A stretch of DNA of 64,000 nucleotides from Halarcobacter sp. (GTDB taxonomy: Bacteria > Campylobacterota > Campylobacteria > Campylobacterales > Arcobacteraceae). The translations under genes and the position numbers were made by a program. How positions within the stretch are numbered: the stretch's first letter is position 1; the number at the start of each line of letters is the position of its first letter. Location of the stretch: NCBI GenBank assembly GCA_048571215.1, contig CP182352.1:2848001-2912000 (forward strand). The letters run 5' to 3'. This document shows positions 29,557 through 39,610 of the stretch, piece after piece. A model generated the notes under the pieces. That model was not told the DNA's origin and searched no databases. It worked only from the letters and a program-made list of their open reading frames with translations.

Positions 29557-31635
29557 TCATATATACCAACTTCTTAAATTAAAATCTTCAAAATCCAAAA
29601 CAATATCATCATATAAAGGAAACTGTTGTACTCTTTTATCATCAACTAAAAGTTCAAACATGAAATTTATCTTTTCATCCTTTATATCATACAGCTTTAT
29701 CTCAACAGCTTTATCATATGCTATATCAAACTCTATATTATTTAAAACTATTAAATCTTTACCTTTTTTAATATCTATACTAAACTCTTGATTATTTAAT
29801 TGCAATTTTAAGACTAGCTTTTGTTTTATTGTATTTAGTTTATCTGCTTTAAAATATAAATAAAGATTTCCTAATTTGTCTTTTCCATAATATAATGCTT
29901 CCACTAAAGAGGAAGAGGAATCCATTGTACTAAACTCTTTTTTAATATCAATAAAACCACTATTTAACCACTCAAAAAAGTTACTCATATTTCCATCAAC
30001 AAAAGGAGTAATAAAATCAGTTGGTTTTATATGTCCACTATCTTTTTTAACTTTTTTTACTATTGGCATAAAAATCTCTGATGGTATCTCCAAGTCAAGA
30101 AGTTTATAAATATTTTTTAAATGAGCTCTAAACTGTTCATCAAATTGATGATTTAATTCCGTAAAATGATCATCTCCATACCACCAAAACCAATCACTTC
30201 CTAAAGCTATTAAAAACTCTCGTTCAACTTTCTTTATAACACTTTCATCAAGTTGATCTTTTAACTCTTCAAAATTTTGTTTTGTTAAATCAAGAAGTTC
30301 CCAAGCTTTGTTTTTTTCACTTGAACCTATCCAAATATCAAAATTCCCATTTATCCAACTACCTGTTGCTAGTTTTGGTAATTCAACTTGTTGTATTGGC
30401 AACTTTGAAACCTCATCAAATAAAACTGTTTCACACCACTCTTGTTCATTTATAAGTCTATATAGATTTTCAAAGAAATCTTGTGCATTGTTTGGGTAAA
30501 ACTCCCAAGCGTTTTCACCATCTAAAATAACCGATACCAAAGTAGAATCATTTGCATTTAGATAGATATTTTTAAGATGAGAAATAAAATCCTGAGCAGC
30601 CTGTAAAGATTCTTTTTTACTATATTCAAACCCTATTAAATCACTAAGATATTTATCCCTAAAAAAAAGGTTTATATCTTGTCTTTCACCCTTTAAAAAA
30701 TAGGGTTTGTATAAATCCTCTTTATTGTGAGTATTTATAGATTTAAATAAAATCTCCTCATCAGTTGCTACCCATTTTATATTATTTGATTGCAATAGTT
30801 CTAAGGTTTTCATACTAACACTCCCCTCTGATGGCCAAAAACCAACTGGGGCATAATCAAACTTTTCTTTAAAAAAATCTACTGCCTTACTAACTTGTAG
30901 TTTTGCATACTCTTCATAGTTCTCAAAACTATTTGGCAATACAACGCCACTTTTAGCCTCTTTTGCACTGTTTCTATCAAGCAATAAAGGTAAAATAGGA
31001 TGATAAAAAGGTGTTGTTGAGATAGCTATTTGATTTGTTTGGGCTAACTTTTTATAATAAGGAACTATTTTTGATAAAAAATCATATAGTTCATCTAAGA
31101 GTTCTATCTTTTGTTCATGGGAATAATTAGACCCTTGGGTGATTAAACTTTTGATTAGATATGAGTTTTCCCTTAAATAGTTTCCACACCAACTAAGCAA
31201 AAACAAAACTTGCAATTCATTTAATTCTTGATAGCTAAATTGGTCTAAAGAGTTTGAGTTTGACTTATATTTCAATAATAGTTCATGATACCTATTAAGG
31301 GGTTTTATCATATTTTTTTCATTTGATAAAAATAAAAACTCTTCTAAAAACTGAAGCTCTTCAATCTTTAGACTTCCCACATCTTTTTTTATTATATTTA
31401 TAAGTTTATCGTTTGCTTTTCTATCAATATATTCATCAATTTGTAACATTAAAGAGGGAACTAAGTTAAATGTAGCCTTTATATTTGGAAATTTTTCCAA
31501 ATACCAAGGCATATCATAATAATCTTTTATTGCATGCAAAAATACCCAAGGCATTAAAGTAGTATTTGAAAGATTATCCTTATAGTATGGTTGGTGCATA
31601 TGCCATAAAAATGACAGATATAATTTTTTACTCAC
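29557..31635 (-). CDS. GH57 amylopullulanase-like glycoside hydrolase
   Basis: WHMHQP, WPSEG, ILDGENAWE, GSDWFWW. Confidence 0.85.
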   Translation of the reverse strand: MSKKLYLSFLWHMHQPYYKDNLSNTTLMPWVFLHAIKDYYDMPWYLEKFPNIKATFNLVPSLMLQIDEYIDRKANDKLINIIKKDVGSLKIEELQFLEEFLFLSNEKNMIKPLNRYHELLLKYKSNSNSLDQFSYQELNELQVLFLLSWCGNYLRENSYLIKSLITQGSNYSHEQKIELLDELYDFLSKIVPYYKKLAQTNQIAISTTPFYHPILPLLLDRNSAKEAKSGVVLPNSFENYEEYAKLQVSKAVDFFKEKFDYAPVGFWPSEGSVSMKTLELLQSNNIKWVATDEEILFKSINTHNKEDLYKPYFLKGERQDINLFFRDKYLSDLIGFEYSKKESLQAAQDFISHLKNIYLNANDSTLVSVILDGENAWEFYPNNAQDFFENLYRLINEQEWCETVLFDEVSKLPIQQVELPKLATGSWINGNFDIWIGSSEKNKAWELLDLTKQNFEELKDQLDESVIKKVEREFLIALGSDWFWWYGDDHFTELNHQFDEQFRAHLKNIYKLLDLEIPSEIFMPIVKKVKKDSGHIKPTDFITPFVDGNMSNFFEWLNSGFIDIKKEFSTMDSSSSLVEALYYGKDKLGNLYLYFKADKLNTIKQKLVLKLQLNNQEFSIDIKKGKDLIVLNNIEFDIAYDKAVEIKLYDIKDEKINFMFELLVDDKRVQQFPLYDDIVLDFEDFNLRSWYI

Positions 31636-34111
31636 TTATCCACTTTTCTATTTTATCTTGATATCTATAAAAAATCTTTCCAGCTTTTTTTTCATCTTCT
31701 GCTTGAACATAAAGATTTAAAAATTCATTATACTGATCAGGAACCATCAATACCCACTCATCATCACTGAAAATTATTTTAACTCCATCTACTGAAGATG
31801 TTTTATAGTTTTTACCATCTTCTAAAAACTTCCTCATCATTTTCCCTTTTAGTGCACTAGGACAAGGTATGTTTTCACCTTTATAACAAAATTCTGGAAT
31901 CTTTGAGATGATTTTTGAAAGATTTTTATCAGATTTTTTAATAAGTTCCAAAATCTTGAAACTTGCAAAAATAGAATCTCTATTTAATCCAAATTCACTA
32001 AAAGCAAAATGTCCATCACTATCAGCTATCAAATCATACTCTTTTAATTGTTCCGATTTAAAGTTATCGAGTTTTGCCCTTGTAACCTCAATATTTTTAT
32101 ACTCTATATAATCAGGAGACCAAGCAGGAAGTAGAACTTTTAACTTTTTGTCTGTTGTATTATCTAAAAGCCATAAAACAACTAAAAGTAATTTATAATC
32201 ATAAATCAACTCACCCTCATCATCAATAACTTGAAGTTTATGTCCATTTGGATAAATCAAAAATCCACAATTAAGATTCATACATCTTACAATATTTTTC
32301 ATATCTTGTTGAGTTTTGACTATATCATTTGGTTTTATATGTTCACTTTGATGAGCATTTAAAATGATATTATCAACTGCTAATTTATTTATAATAACAG
32401 GATATATTTCAGAGGTTGAACCATTCATAATATCAATTGCGACCTTTATATCACAATTGATAAATGGTTTTTTATCAAAAGAGCTAAGAATTTGTTCTAT
32501 ATACTTATCTTTCATCTCTAAATCATCATGAAGATCTCCAATCTCTGTATATTTTACTCTTCTAAAGTTTTCTCTAAAAAAGATTCTTTCTATAGATTGG
32601 GATACTTTAGTATCTATTATCAACCCTTCACTTGTATAAAAGATTATCTCTGTTTGAGTTGGTTCAAAAATAGATTGTCTAAAGTGAACTCCTGCTGCAA
32701 CATTATCATCTCTACTAAGTTCATGTCTCATTACATTTGAAGGTACATTTCCCGGATCGATTACATTAACCCCTGTTGATAATATACCACTTAAAAAAGC
32801 TCTTTTTAACATAAAAGTAGATTTGTGATAATCCCTTGAGATATAAATATTACTTCCAACTGGTAAAATAGACCCAAAAGCTTCGGCTAGTTTTGTACTC
32901 ATTTGGCAAGATAGTTCTATATTTGTTCTTCCAATAACTGCTCCATCTTCAAAAATCGAAGATTTGTATTTATTTCCCCAAACAATATTTGTACTAACAA
33001 CAGAAGATTCTTCTACAATCTTATCTGGCCAAATCACAATATCTTTTTCAAATGATACTTTTTTGTTTATCTCACACTCTTCTGCGATAATAACTCCAAA
33101 AGAGGCTTTAACTTCATCTCTTATAATGTTGTTATTACAAATCACACTATTATTTATCTTTGTTCTAGTACCAATTGATACATCATTCCAAATTACAGTA
33201 TCCGTTATTTCACTATGTTTTTTTACTTTTACATTATTTCCAATAGAACAATCTTTTAAGGTTACCCCTTCAGCAATTGAAACATTTTCACCTAAAACAA
33301 CAGTACCTGTTACTCTTATCTTTTCTGGAAGATTTAATTTACCTTCATGGAAAATCACTCCATTATCAACTTTTGTCTCTTTCCCTTTTATATTTAAAAT
33401 TATCTCTTTATTGAAAATATCTTTATATACATCTCTATAACTTTCAGGGTTTCCAACATCTCTCCAATAACCTTTTAGTGGGCATCCCCATAGGGCAATA
33501 TCTTCACTCATTAGTTTTGGAAATAAATCTTTTGCAAAATCAAAATTCTTTTTATATGGGATATATTCTAAGATTTCTGGTTCTATTATATATATACCTG
33601 TATTTATGGTATCACTAAAAACCTCTCCCCAACTTGGTTTTTCTAAAAATCTTTCGATTCTATCATCCTCATTTGCAATAACAACCCCAAATTGTAAAGG
33701 GTTTTCCACAGGAGTTAAAGTGATAGTTAGTTTTGATTTTTTCTTCTCATGAAACTTTTTAATCTCAGTTAAATTGAAATTAGTAACTAAATCTCCACTT
33801 ACTATTATAAAAGTATCATTTAAAAATTCCCTTGCAAAAGCAACAGCTCCAGCAGTTCCATAATCATCATCTGGTTGAAAATATGAAATTTTCACTCCAA
33901 GGTCTGAACCATCTTTAAAATAATCTTTTATAATATCAGGCTTAAAGTATAAAAGCACTGCAATCTCAGTGATTTTTAGTTCATCCCTCAATTTTAAAAT
34001 AATATGCTCCATCATTGGTCTATTTAAAATAGGCAACATAGGCTTAGGTATTGAGTTTGTTAATGGTTGTATTCTTGTTCCAAATCCACCAGCTAAAACA
34101 ATTGCTTTCAT
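31628..34111 (-). CDS. Sugar-1-phosphate nucleotidyltransferase / hexapeptide repeat / phosphohexomutase-like fusion
   Basis: LAGGFGTR..PKP, EKP, YWRDVG, beta-helix repeats, C-terminal PGM/PMM-like region lacking the SHNP motif. Confidence 0.85.
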   Translation of the reverse strand: MKAIVLAGGFGTRIQPLTNSIPKPMLPILNRPMMEHIILKLRDELKITEIAVLLYFKPDIIKDYFKDGSDLGVKISYFQPDDDYGTAGAVAFAREFLNDTFIIVSGDLVTNFNLTEIKKFHEKKKSKLTITLTPVENPLQFGVVIANEDDRIERFLEKPSWGEVFSDTINTGIYIIEPEILEYIPYKKNFDFAKDLFPKLMSEDIALWGCPLKGYWRDVGNPESYRDVYKDIFNKEIILNIKGKETKVDNGVIFHEGKLNLPEKIRVTGTVVLGENVSIAEGVTLKDCSIGNNVKVKKHSEITDTVIWNDVSIGTRTKINNSVICNNNIIRDEVKASFGVIIAEECEINKKVSFEKDIVIWPDKIVEESSVVSTNIVWGNKYKSSIFEDGAVIGRTNIELSCQMSTKLAEAFGSILPVGSNIYISRDYHKSTFMLKRAFLSGILSTGVNVIDPGNVPSNVMRHELSRDDNVAAGVHFRQSIFEPTQTEIIFYTSEGLIIDTKVSQSIERIFFRENFRRVKYTEIGDLHDDLEMKDKYIEQILSSFDKKPFINCDIKVAIDIMNGSTSEIYPVIINKLAVDNIILNAHQSEHIKPNDIVKTQQDMKNIVRCMNLNCGFLIYPNGHKLQVIDDEGELIYDYKLLLVVLWLLDNTTDKKLKVLLPAWSPDYIEYKNIEVTRAKLDNFKSEQLKEYDLIADSDGHFAFSEFGLNRDSIFASFKILELIKKSDKNLSKIISKIPEFCYKGENIPCPSALKGKMMRKFLEDGKNYKTSSVDGVKIIFSDDEWVLMVPDQYNEFLNLYVQAEDEKKAGKIFYRYQDKIEKWISE

Positions 34112-34133
34112 CTTCTCCCTTTTTGTAGGTTTA

Positions 34134-35111
34134 TTAGTTAATTAATCTTTTTGCTAAATCTAATAACTCATTTTCTATTGTATATTTTTGTGAGTTTACA
34201 TACTCAATTGTTACAAAGTCAAAGGTACTATTTTTATAAACAATAACACTAGTACAAGTATCATCTTCTGCAAGTTTATCCACGGCATAAGTTACAAATC
34301 TTGATGCCATAAGTCTATCAAATACAGTTGGGTTTCCTCCCCTTTGAACATGTCCCAAAATAGTTGCCCTTGTTTCTATCCCTATATCATGTTCAAGCCA
34401 GCTAACAAGTTGATTTGTATTTGTACATTTATCATGATTGCAGCCTTCAGCTACCACACATACAATATACTTTCTACCATTTTCTAGCTCTTTTTTTAAT
34501 CTTTTTCCAATAACATCTAAATCATAATCAAGCTCAGGAATAATGCAAACCTCTGCCCCACAGGTGATTGCTGAAACCAAAGCTAAATAACCGCAGTCTC
34601 TTCCCATTGTTTCTATTACACAAGCTCTTTTAAATGATGATGAAGTATCCCTAACAGCATCTGTTGCCTGTCTTATAATGTTTAAAGCTGTATCAACACC
34701 TAAACAATAATCTGTTCCAAATATATCATTGTCAATAGTTGCAGGAACCCCTACAAAGTTAACTCCAAAATCTTTATGGAACTGATTTAATGCTCTAAAT
34801 GAACCATCTCCACCTAATATAACTATCTTATTTATATTATGTTTCTTTAGATTTTCAAAGGCTTGCTTTCTATACTCATACTCAAAAAATCTTTTTGACC
34901 TAGATGAACGGATCATAGTTCCACCTTCATGCATAATCCCTGCAACATCATCATATGTTGCGGGACTTATCAAATCATCTATAAGACCTTCTAATCCATC
35001 ATAAATTAAATATGGTTTAATACCTTTATGAAAGCAGTAATCAACAAACTGCTTTATGGCAGGGTTCATCCCTGCACAATCTCCACCAGAGGTCATTATT
35101 GCTATAGCCAT
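34134..35111 (-). CDS. pfkA: 6-phosphofructokinase
   Basis: TSGGDCAGMN, GGDGS, TIDND, MGR, LGHVQRGG. Confidence 0.95.
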   Translation of the reverse strand: MAIAIMTSGGDCAGMNPAIKQFVDYCFHKGIKPYLIYDGLEGLIDDLISPATYDDVAGIMHEGGTMIRSSRSKRFFEYEYRKQAFENLKKHNINKIVILGGDGSFRALNQFHKDFGVNFVGVPATIDNDIFGTDYCLGVDTALNIIRQATDAVRDTSSSFKRACVIETMGRDCGYLALVSAITCGAEVCIIPELDYDLDVIGKRLKKELENGRKYIVCVVAEGCNHDKCTNTNQLVSWLEHDIGIETRATILGHVQRGGNPTVFDRLMASRFVTYAVDKLAEDDTCTSVIVYKNSTFDFVTIEYVNSQKYTIENELLDLAKRLIN

Positions 35112-35126
35112 AAACTAAAACCTTTT

Positions 35127-36122
35127 TTAATATTCACCAACAAAAACTGTCATATCAACAAGTCTACTAGTATATCCCCACTCATTGTCATACCAAGCTA
35201 GAACTTTTACTGTTGTGTCATCAACAACAGAAGTCATATCTGGTACAAAAGTAGCTGAATATGCACTTCCTATAAAATCACTTGATACTCTTTTATCTTC
35301 ATCGATCTCAATAAGTCCATCAAATTCCGATTCACTAGCTAGTTTCATAGCAAGATTAACATCCTCTTTTGTAACTTTTTGTTTTAGGTTTACTGTTAAG
35401 TCTACAACTGAAACATCAGCAGTTGGAACTCTCATAGCATATCCATTAAGCTTACCTTTTAGGTGTGGAAGCACAAGTGCAATCGCTTTTGCAGCACCAG
35501 TTGTAGTTGGTATCATATTCATAGCAGCAGCTCTTGCTCTTCTTTTATCTTTTGCATGTTTTACATCTAAAATATTTTGATCATTTGTATATGAATGGAT
35601 TGTAGTCATAAGTCCATTTTCAATTCCAAACTTATCATCTAATACTTTACAAATAGGAGCTAAACAATTTGTTGTACAACTTGCATTTGAAATAATAGAT
35701 TCACCCTTATATTCATCTGTATTGATATTAAGAACAAAGGTTGGAGTATCATCTTTTGCAGGGGCACTCATAACAACTTTTTCAATACCACCTTTTAAAT
35801 AAGCTTGACATTTTTCCGTAGTTAAAAATGCTCCAGTACACTCAATAACTACAGTTGCACCTGTTGAACCAAAATCGATATTTTTTGGATCTCTATCACT
35901 AAAGATTTTTACATCACATCCATTTATGCTAATGGTATTTTCATCAATAATCTCTGCATCAACACCCATATGAACTGTATCATATCTTAATAGATAAATT
36001 AACATATCCAAGTCACAAGTTGTGTTCATTGCTACTAGTTCAATATCATTTCTAAGAGCAATAATTTTTGCTGCAATTAGACCAATTCTTCCTGTTCCAT
36101 TTATAGCTACTTTTAGAGACAT
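35127..36122 (-). CDS. gap: Type I glyceraldehyde-3-phosphate dehydrogenase
   Basis: NGTGRIG, SNASCTTNCLAP, WYDNEWGY. Confidence 0.97.
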   Translation of the reverse strand: MSLKVAINGTGRIGLIAAKIIALRNDIELVAMNTTCDLDMLIYLLRYDTVHMGVDAEIIDENTISINGCDVKIFSDRDPKNIDFGSTGATVVIECTGAFLTTEKCQAYLKGGIEKVVMSAPAKDDTPTFVLNINTDEYKGESIISNASCTTNCLAPICKVLDDKFGIENGLMTTIHSYTNDQNILDVKHAKDKRRARAAAMNMIPTTTGAAKAIALVLPHLKGKLNGYAMRVPTADVSVVDLTVNLKQKVTKEDVNLAMKLASESEFDGLIEIDEDKRVSSDFIGSAYSATFVPDMTSVVDDTTVKVLAWYDNEWGYTSRLVDMTVFVGEY

Positions 36123-36287
36123 ATAAATTCCTTCTTTAATGTTTTATTTTATATATATTAAAATGATTTAGTTACATTTTAATTTCAAAAATATTGTAAT
36201 CAATTTGTAAATATATAAGATTATTATATCAGGATTTTCAAATAAGTTATATAATACATGATATAATTTTCAAAAAAGGATTTTTTT

Positions 36288-38288
36288 ATGAAGACCAGCC
36301 TTCTTTTCGGGATTCATTGTCATCAACCAATTGATAACTTCGATAGAGTAGTATATGAAATAATTGAAAAATCATATAAACCTTTTTTTAATATACTAAA
36401 ACTTTATCCTAAGTTTAAATGTTCAGTTCACTTTAGTGGTTGGCTTTTTGAGTTTATTGAAAAAAATGATACTGAACTATTTAATTTAATTAAAGAACTT
36501 TCGCCTCAAATTGAGTTTTTCACAGGGGGATACTATGAACCAATACTTGCTTCAATTCCAAGTAAAAGTAGAGTTGAACAGATAAACAAACTTTCAAGTT
36601 TTATTCAAAAGAATTTTAATCAAAAACCAAGAGGATTATGGCTTACGGAGAGAATTTGGGATGATTCTATTATTGATGATTTAAATCATTGTAATATTGA
36701 TTATGTAATTGTTGATGATTATCACCTAATAGCAGCAGGATTTGATAAAAATAGTCTAAAAGGTTATTTTATAACTGAAAATAGTAATAATAACTTGGCA
36801 CTATTTCCTATAAATAAAGATTTACGATATATTATCCCCTTTGCACCTATTAATGAAACTATGGAAAAACTAAATAGTTTTGCCAATGAAGATGGTAAAA
36901 ATGCTGCAATAATTTTTGATGATGGGGAAAAATTTGGAGTATGGCCTAAAACATATGAAAAAGTTTATGAAAAAGAGTGGCTAAAGAATTTTTTTCAAAA
37001 GTGTATTGATGATGAATCTATTGAGGTTTCAACTTTTAGTGAATATTACAATAAAAATAAAGCTTTGGGATTATCTTATCTTCCAACTGTTTCTTATCAT
37101 GAGATGGGGGAATGGTCTGCACTTCCAAGTATTTCAAAAGAGTATCATGAACTAGTTGAAAAAAATATGCAACATGAACACTTGATTCGTGGGGGAATCT
37201 GGAAAAACTTTTTTTTGAAATATGATGAAAGCAATTGGATACATAAACGATCTTTAGAGCTATCAAAAATGGAAAATCAAAATATCGCTTTTAAGGAGTC
37301 TTTGTATAAAACCCAATGCAATGATGTTTTATGGCATGGGGTATTTGGTGGTATTTACCTTCCAAATTTAAGAGATAATGCTTTTAAGTATATAATAAAT
37401 TGTGAAAATATTCTTTCCCAAGAAAGTGGTTACCAAAAAAAGGATATTAATTTTGATACTTATTTCGAATATAAATACTATACAAAAGAGTTGATAACTA
37501 TTATAGACACAAGAAAAGGTGCTCAAATAGTGGAGTTAGACTTAAGGGATTGTTGTTTTAACCTTCAAAATACTTTAACAAGATATCATGAAACATATCA
37601 TGATAAAATTGTAAAGATGACTGAAACAACAGATGAGATAAAAGAGCAAGAAGATGAGACCATAGAAACCATACATAATAGTGTCCTTAGTACAGATGAG
37701 GATATAGAACTTTATGTTGATTGGTATTCTAAAAAATCAGCAATAGATCATATTTGTGATAATAGTTTAAGTATAGATGCCTTTAAAACTTGTGGCTTTC
37801 AAGAGTATGGGGATTTTGCAAATCAAGAATTTGAACTAGTAGAATCAACAAATAATAAACTTGTTTTAAAAAGAGAAGGTGGAATATACAAAGATAGAAA
37901 ATATGATACCACTTTAGAAAAATCTTATGAATTTAATGGTAACCAAATTGATGCAGTTGTTTCTTTACAAACACAAGATGAAAGCCTACAAAAATATTTA
38001 TTGGAATGGAACTTACATTTTGAAGATTATAAAGCTTTAAATATAAATGGACATGATATTGAAGAGGATTTAATTTTAGAAAACTCAAGATTAACTATCA
38101 TGGATAGGAGTTTAGATAAAACAATAGAGTTTCAATTTGACCAATGTATGCAAATATATATATCAAAAGTTAAAAGTGTAAGTCAAAGTGAAGAGGGAGT
38201 GGATTATACAACCCAAGGTTTAGCCTTTGGTTTTATAGGTAAGTTCAGTGGTAAGTATGATTTAAAATATAGTATTAATATTATCTAA
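36288..38288 (+). CDS. GH57 4-alpha-glucanotransferase/alpha-amylase
   Basis: HCHQP, WLTER, FDDGEKFG, QCNDVLWHGVFGG; C-terminal beta domain (SQSEEG). Confidence 0.87.
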   Translation: MKTSLLFGIHCHQPIDNFDRVVYEIIEKSYKPFFNILKLYPKFKCSVHFSGWLFEFIEKNDTELFNLIKELSPQIEFFTGGYYEPILASIPSKSRVEQINKLSSFIQKNFNQKPRGLWLTERIWDDSIIDDLNHCNIDYVIVDDYHLIAAGFDKNSLKGYFITENSNNNLALFPINKDLRYIIPFAPINETMEKLNSFANEDGKNAAIIFDDGEKFGVWPKTYEKVYEKEWLKNFFQKCIDDESIEVSTFSEYYNKNKALGLSYLPTVSYHEMGEWSALPSISKEYHELVEKNMQHEHLIRGGIWKNFFLKYDESNWIHKRSLELSKMENQNIAFKESLYKTQCNDVLWHGVFGGIYLPNLRDNAFKYIINCENILSQESGYQKKDINFDTYFEYKYYTKELITIIDTRKGAQIVELDLRDCCFNLQNTLTRYHETYHDKIVKMTETTDEIKEQEDETIETIHNSVLSTDEDIELYVDWYSKKSAIDHICDNSLSIDAFKTCGFQEYGDFANQEFELVESTNNKLVLKREGGIYKDRKYDTTLEKSYEFNGNQIDAVVSLQTQDESLQKYLLEWNLHFEDYKALNINGHDIEEDLILENSRLTIMDRSLDKTIEFQFDQCMQIYISKVKSVSQSEEGVDYTTQGLAFGFIGKFSGKYDLKYSINII

Positions 38289-38302
38289 TAAAGGAGACTT
38301 TT

Positions 38303-38656
38303 ATGAGAGTTTATGGAATAAAAAATTGTGCAAGTGTAAAAAAAGCCAAGGAGTTTTTTGATAAAAACAGTATTAACTATGAGTTTATTGATATAAATAA
38401 AAATTCAATAGATAGTTCTAAAGTAGAGTATTGGAAAAACTTTATATCACCTTTTTCAATGATAAATACAAGAAGTAAAAAGTATAAAGAGTTAGATATA
38501 AAAAATAAAAAACTTAGTGACAAAAAAGTAATTGAGCTTTTATCAAAAGAAAACTTATTATTAAAAAGACCAATTATAGAGCATGGACTAAATGGGGAAG
38601 AAAAGTTTACGATAGGGTTTGACCAGAATGAATATAACTCAATATTTTTGAAGTAG
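38303..38656 (+). CDS. ArsC/Spx family protein
   Basis: YGIKNCASVKKA, LLKRPII, GF. Confidence 0.85.
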   Translation: MRVYGIKNCASVKKAKEFFDKNSINYEFIDINKNSIDSSKVEYWKNFISPFSMINTRSKKYKELDIKNKKLSDKKVIELLSKENLLLKRPIIEHGLNGEEKFTIGFDQNEYNSIFLK

Positions 38657-38680
38657 AAATACTTCAAAAATATTATTCAT

Positions 38681-39610
38681 CTATTTTCTTATAATAAATT
38701 TTGCTCCATCTTTTATATTTTCTGCACCTATTACTATATGATTTTTTTGTGCTATTAATGAACTCATATATAAACCTATTCCTGATTCATTTGAATCTTT
38801 TATTGATACATTGGCTTTAAATATATCATCTAGAAGTTCCTCATCAATCCCTCCTGCATTATCACTTATTTCAACAATTTGTTCTTTTTTTTCTTCATAA
38901 GCTTTTATATTAATAACTCTATTACTAATATTATTTCTATTAAAAGCATCTTTTGAGTTGTTTATTATATTTAAAAGAATATGTTTAAACTCATTTTCTA
39001 TGGCATCAATCATAAAATCATTTGGAATATCAATTTTAATAGTAATTTTCTCTTTTATAAATTCATCTTTTATAAAAAGTAGTACCTTGTCAATCATATT
39101 TTTAATACTAAACTCTTTTTGCTCTTTGTTAGTTCTAAAAAAAGTTCTAAATTCAATTAGCGTAGTATTCATATGTTTTGTTACATTCTCTAATTTTTTT
39201 TGAAAATCTTCTATATATTGTTTGTCAACTTTTCCATTTTCAAAATCAAACTCCAATGAACTTAGGTGCATGTTTATTATACCAAGGGGTTGAGACCATT
39301 GATGAGCTATGGAGTCAATCATCTCTCCCATAGCCGCAAATCTCGATTGAGCTAAAAGCATTAACTCTTTTTCTTTTCTTTTTTTTATCTCTTCATCAAC
39401 TTTTTTTTCTAGATTATTTTTATACTCGTCTAACTGCTCATTGGCTTTTAGCAGTTGAAGTTGCATCTTATCACTTTGTTTAATTATCTTATCTAATCTT
39501 TGACTTTTTCTTTTATAATCATCTAATAATTCTAGTAAGCCATCTCTAAATTGATTATAATCCTTTTCTAAAAACTTTCCTATATAATGCGAATTGTCTT
39601 GATTTTTCAT
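38681..39610 (-). CDS. Cytoplasmic histidine kinase with N-terminal coiled coil
   Basis: RLDKIIKQSDKMQ helix; MGEMIDSIAHQW H-box; DNAGGI, GIGLY; no TM segment. Confidence 0.85.
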   Translation of the reverse strand: MKNQDNSHYIGKFLEKDYNQFRDGLLELLDDYKRKSQRLDKIIKQSDKMQLQLLKANEQLDEYKNNLEKKVDEEIKKRKEKELMLLAQSRFAAMGEMIDSIAHQWSQPLGIINMHLSSLEFDFENGKVDKQYIEDFQKKLENVTKHMNTTLIEFRTFFRTNKEQKEFSIKNMIDKVLLFIKDEFIKEKITIKIDIPNDFMIDAIENEFKHILLNIINNSKDAFNRNNISNRVINIKAYEEKKEQIVEISDNAGGIDEELLDDIFKANVSIKDSNESGIGLYMSSLIAQKNHIVIGAENIKDGAKFIIRK

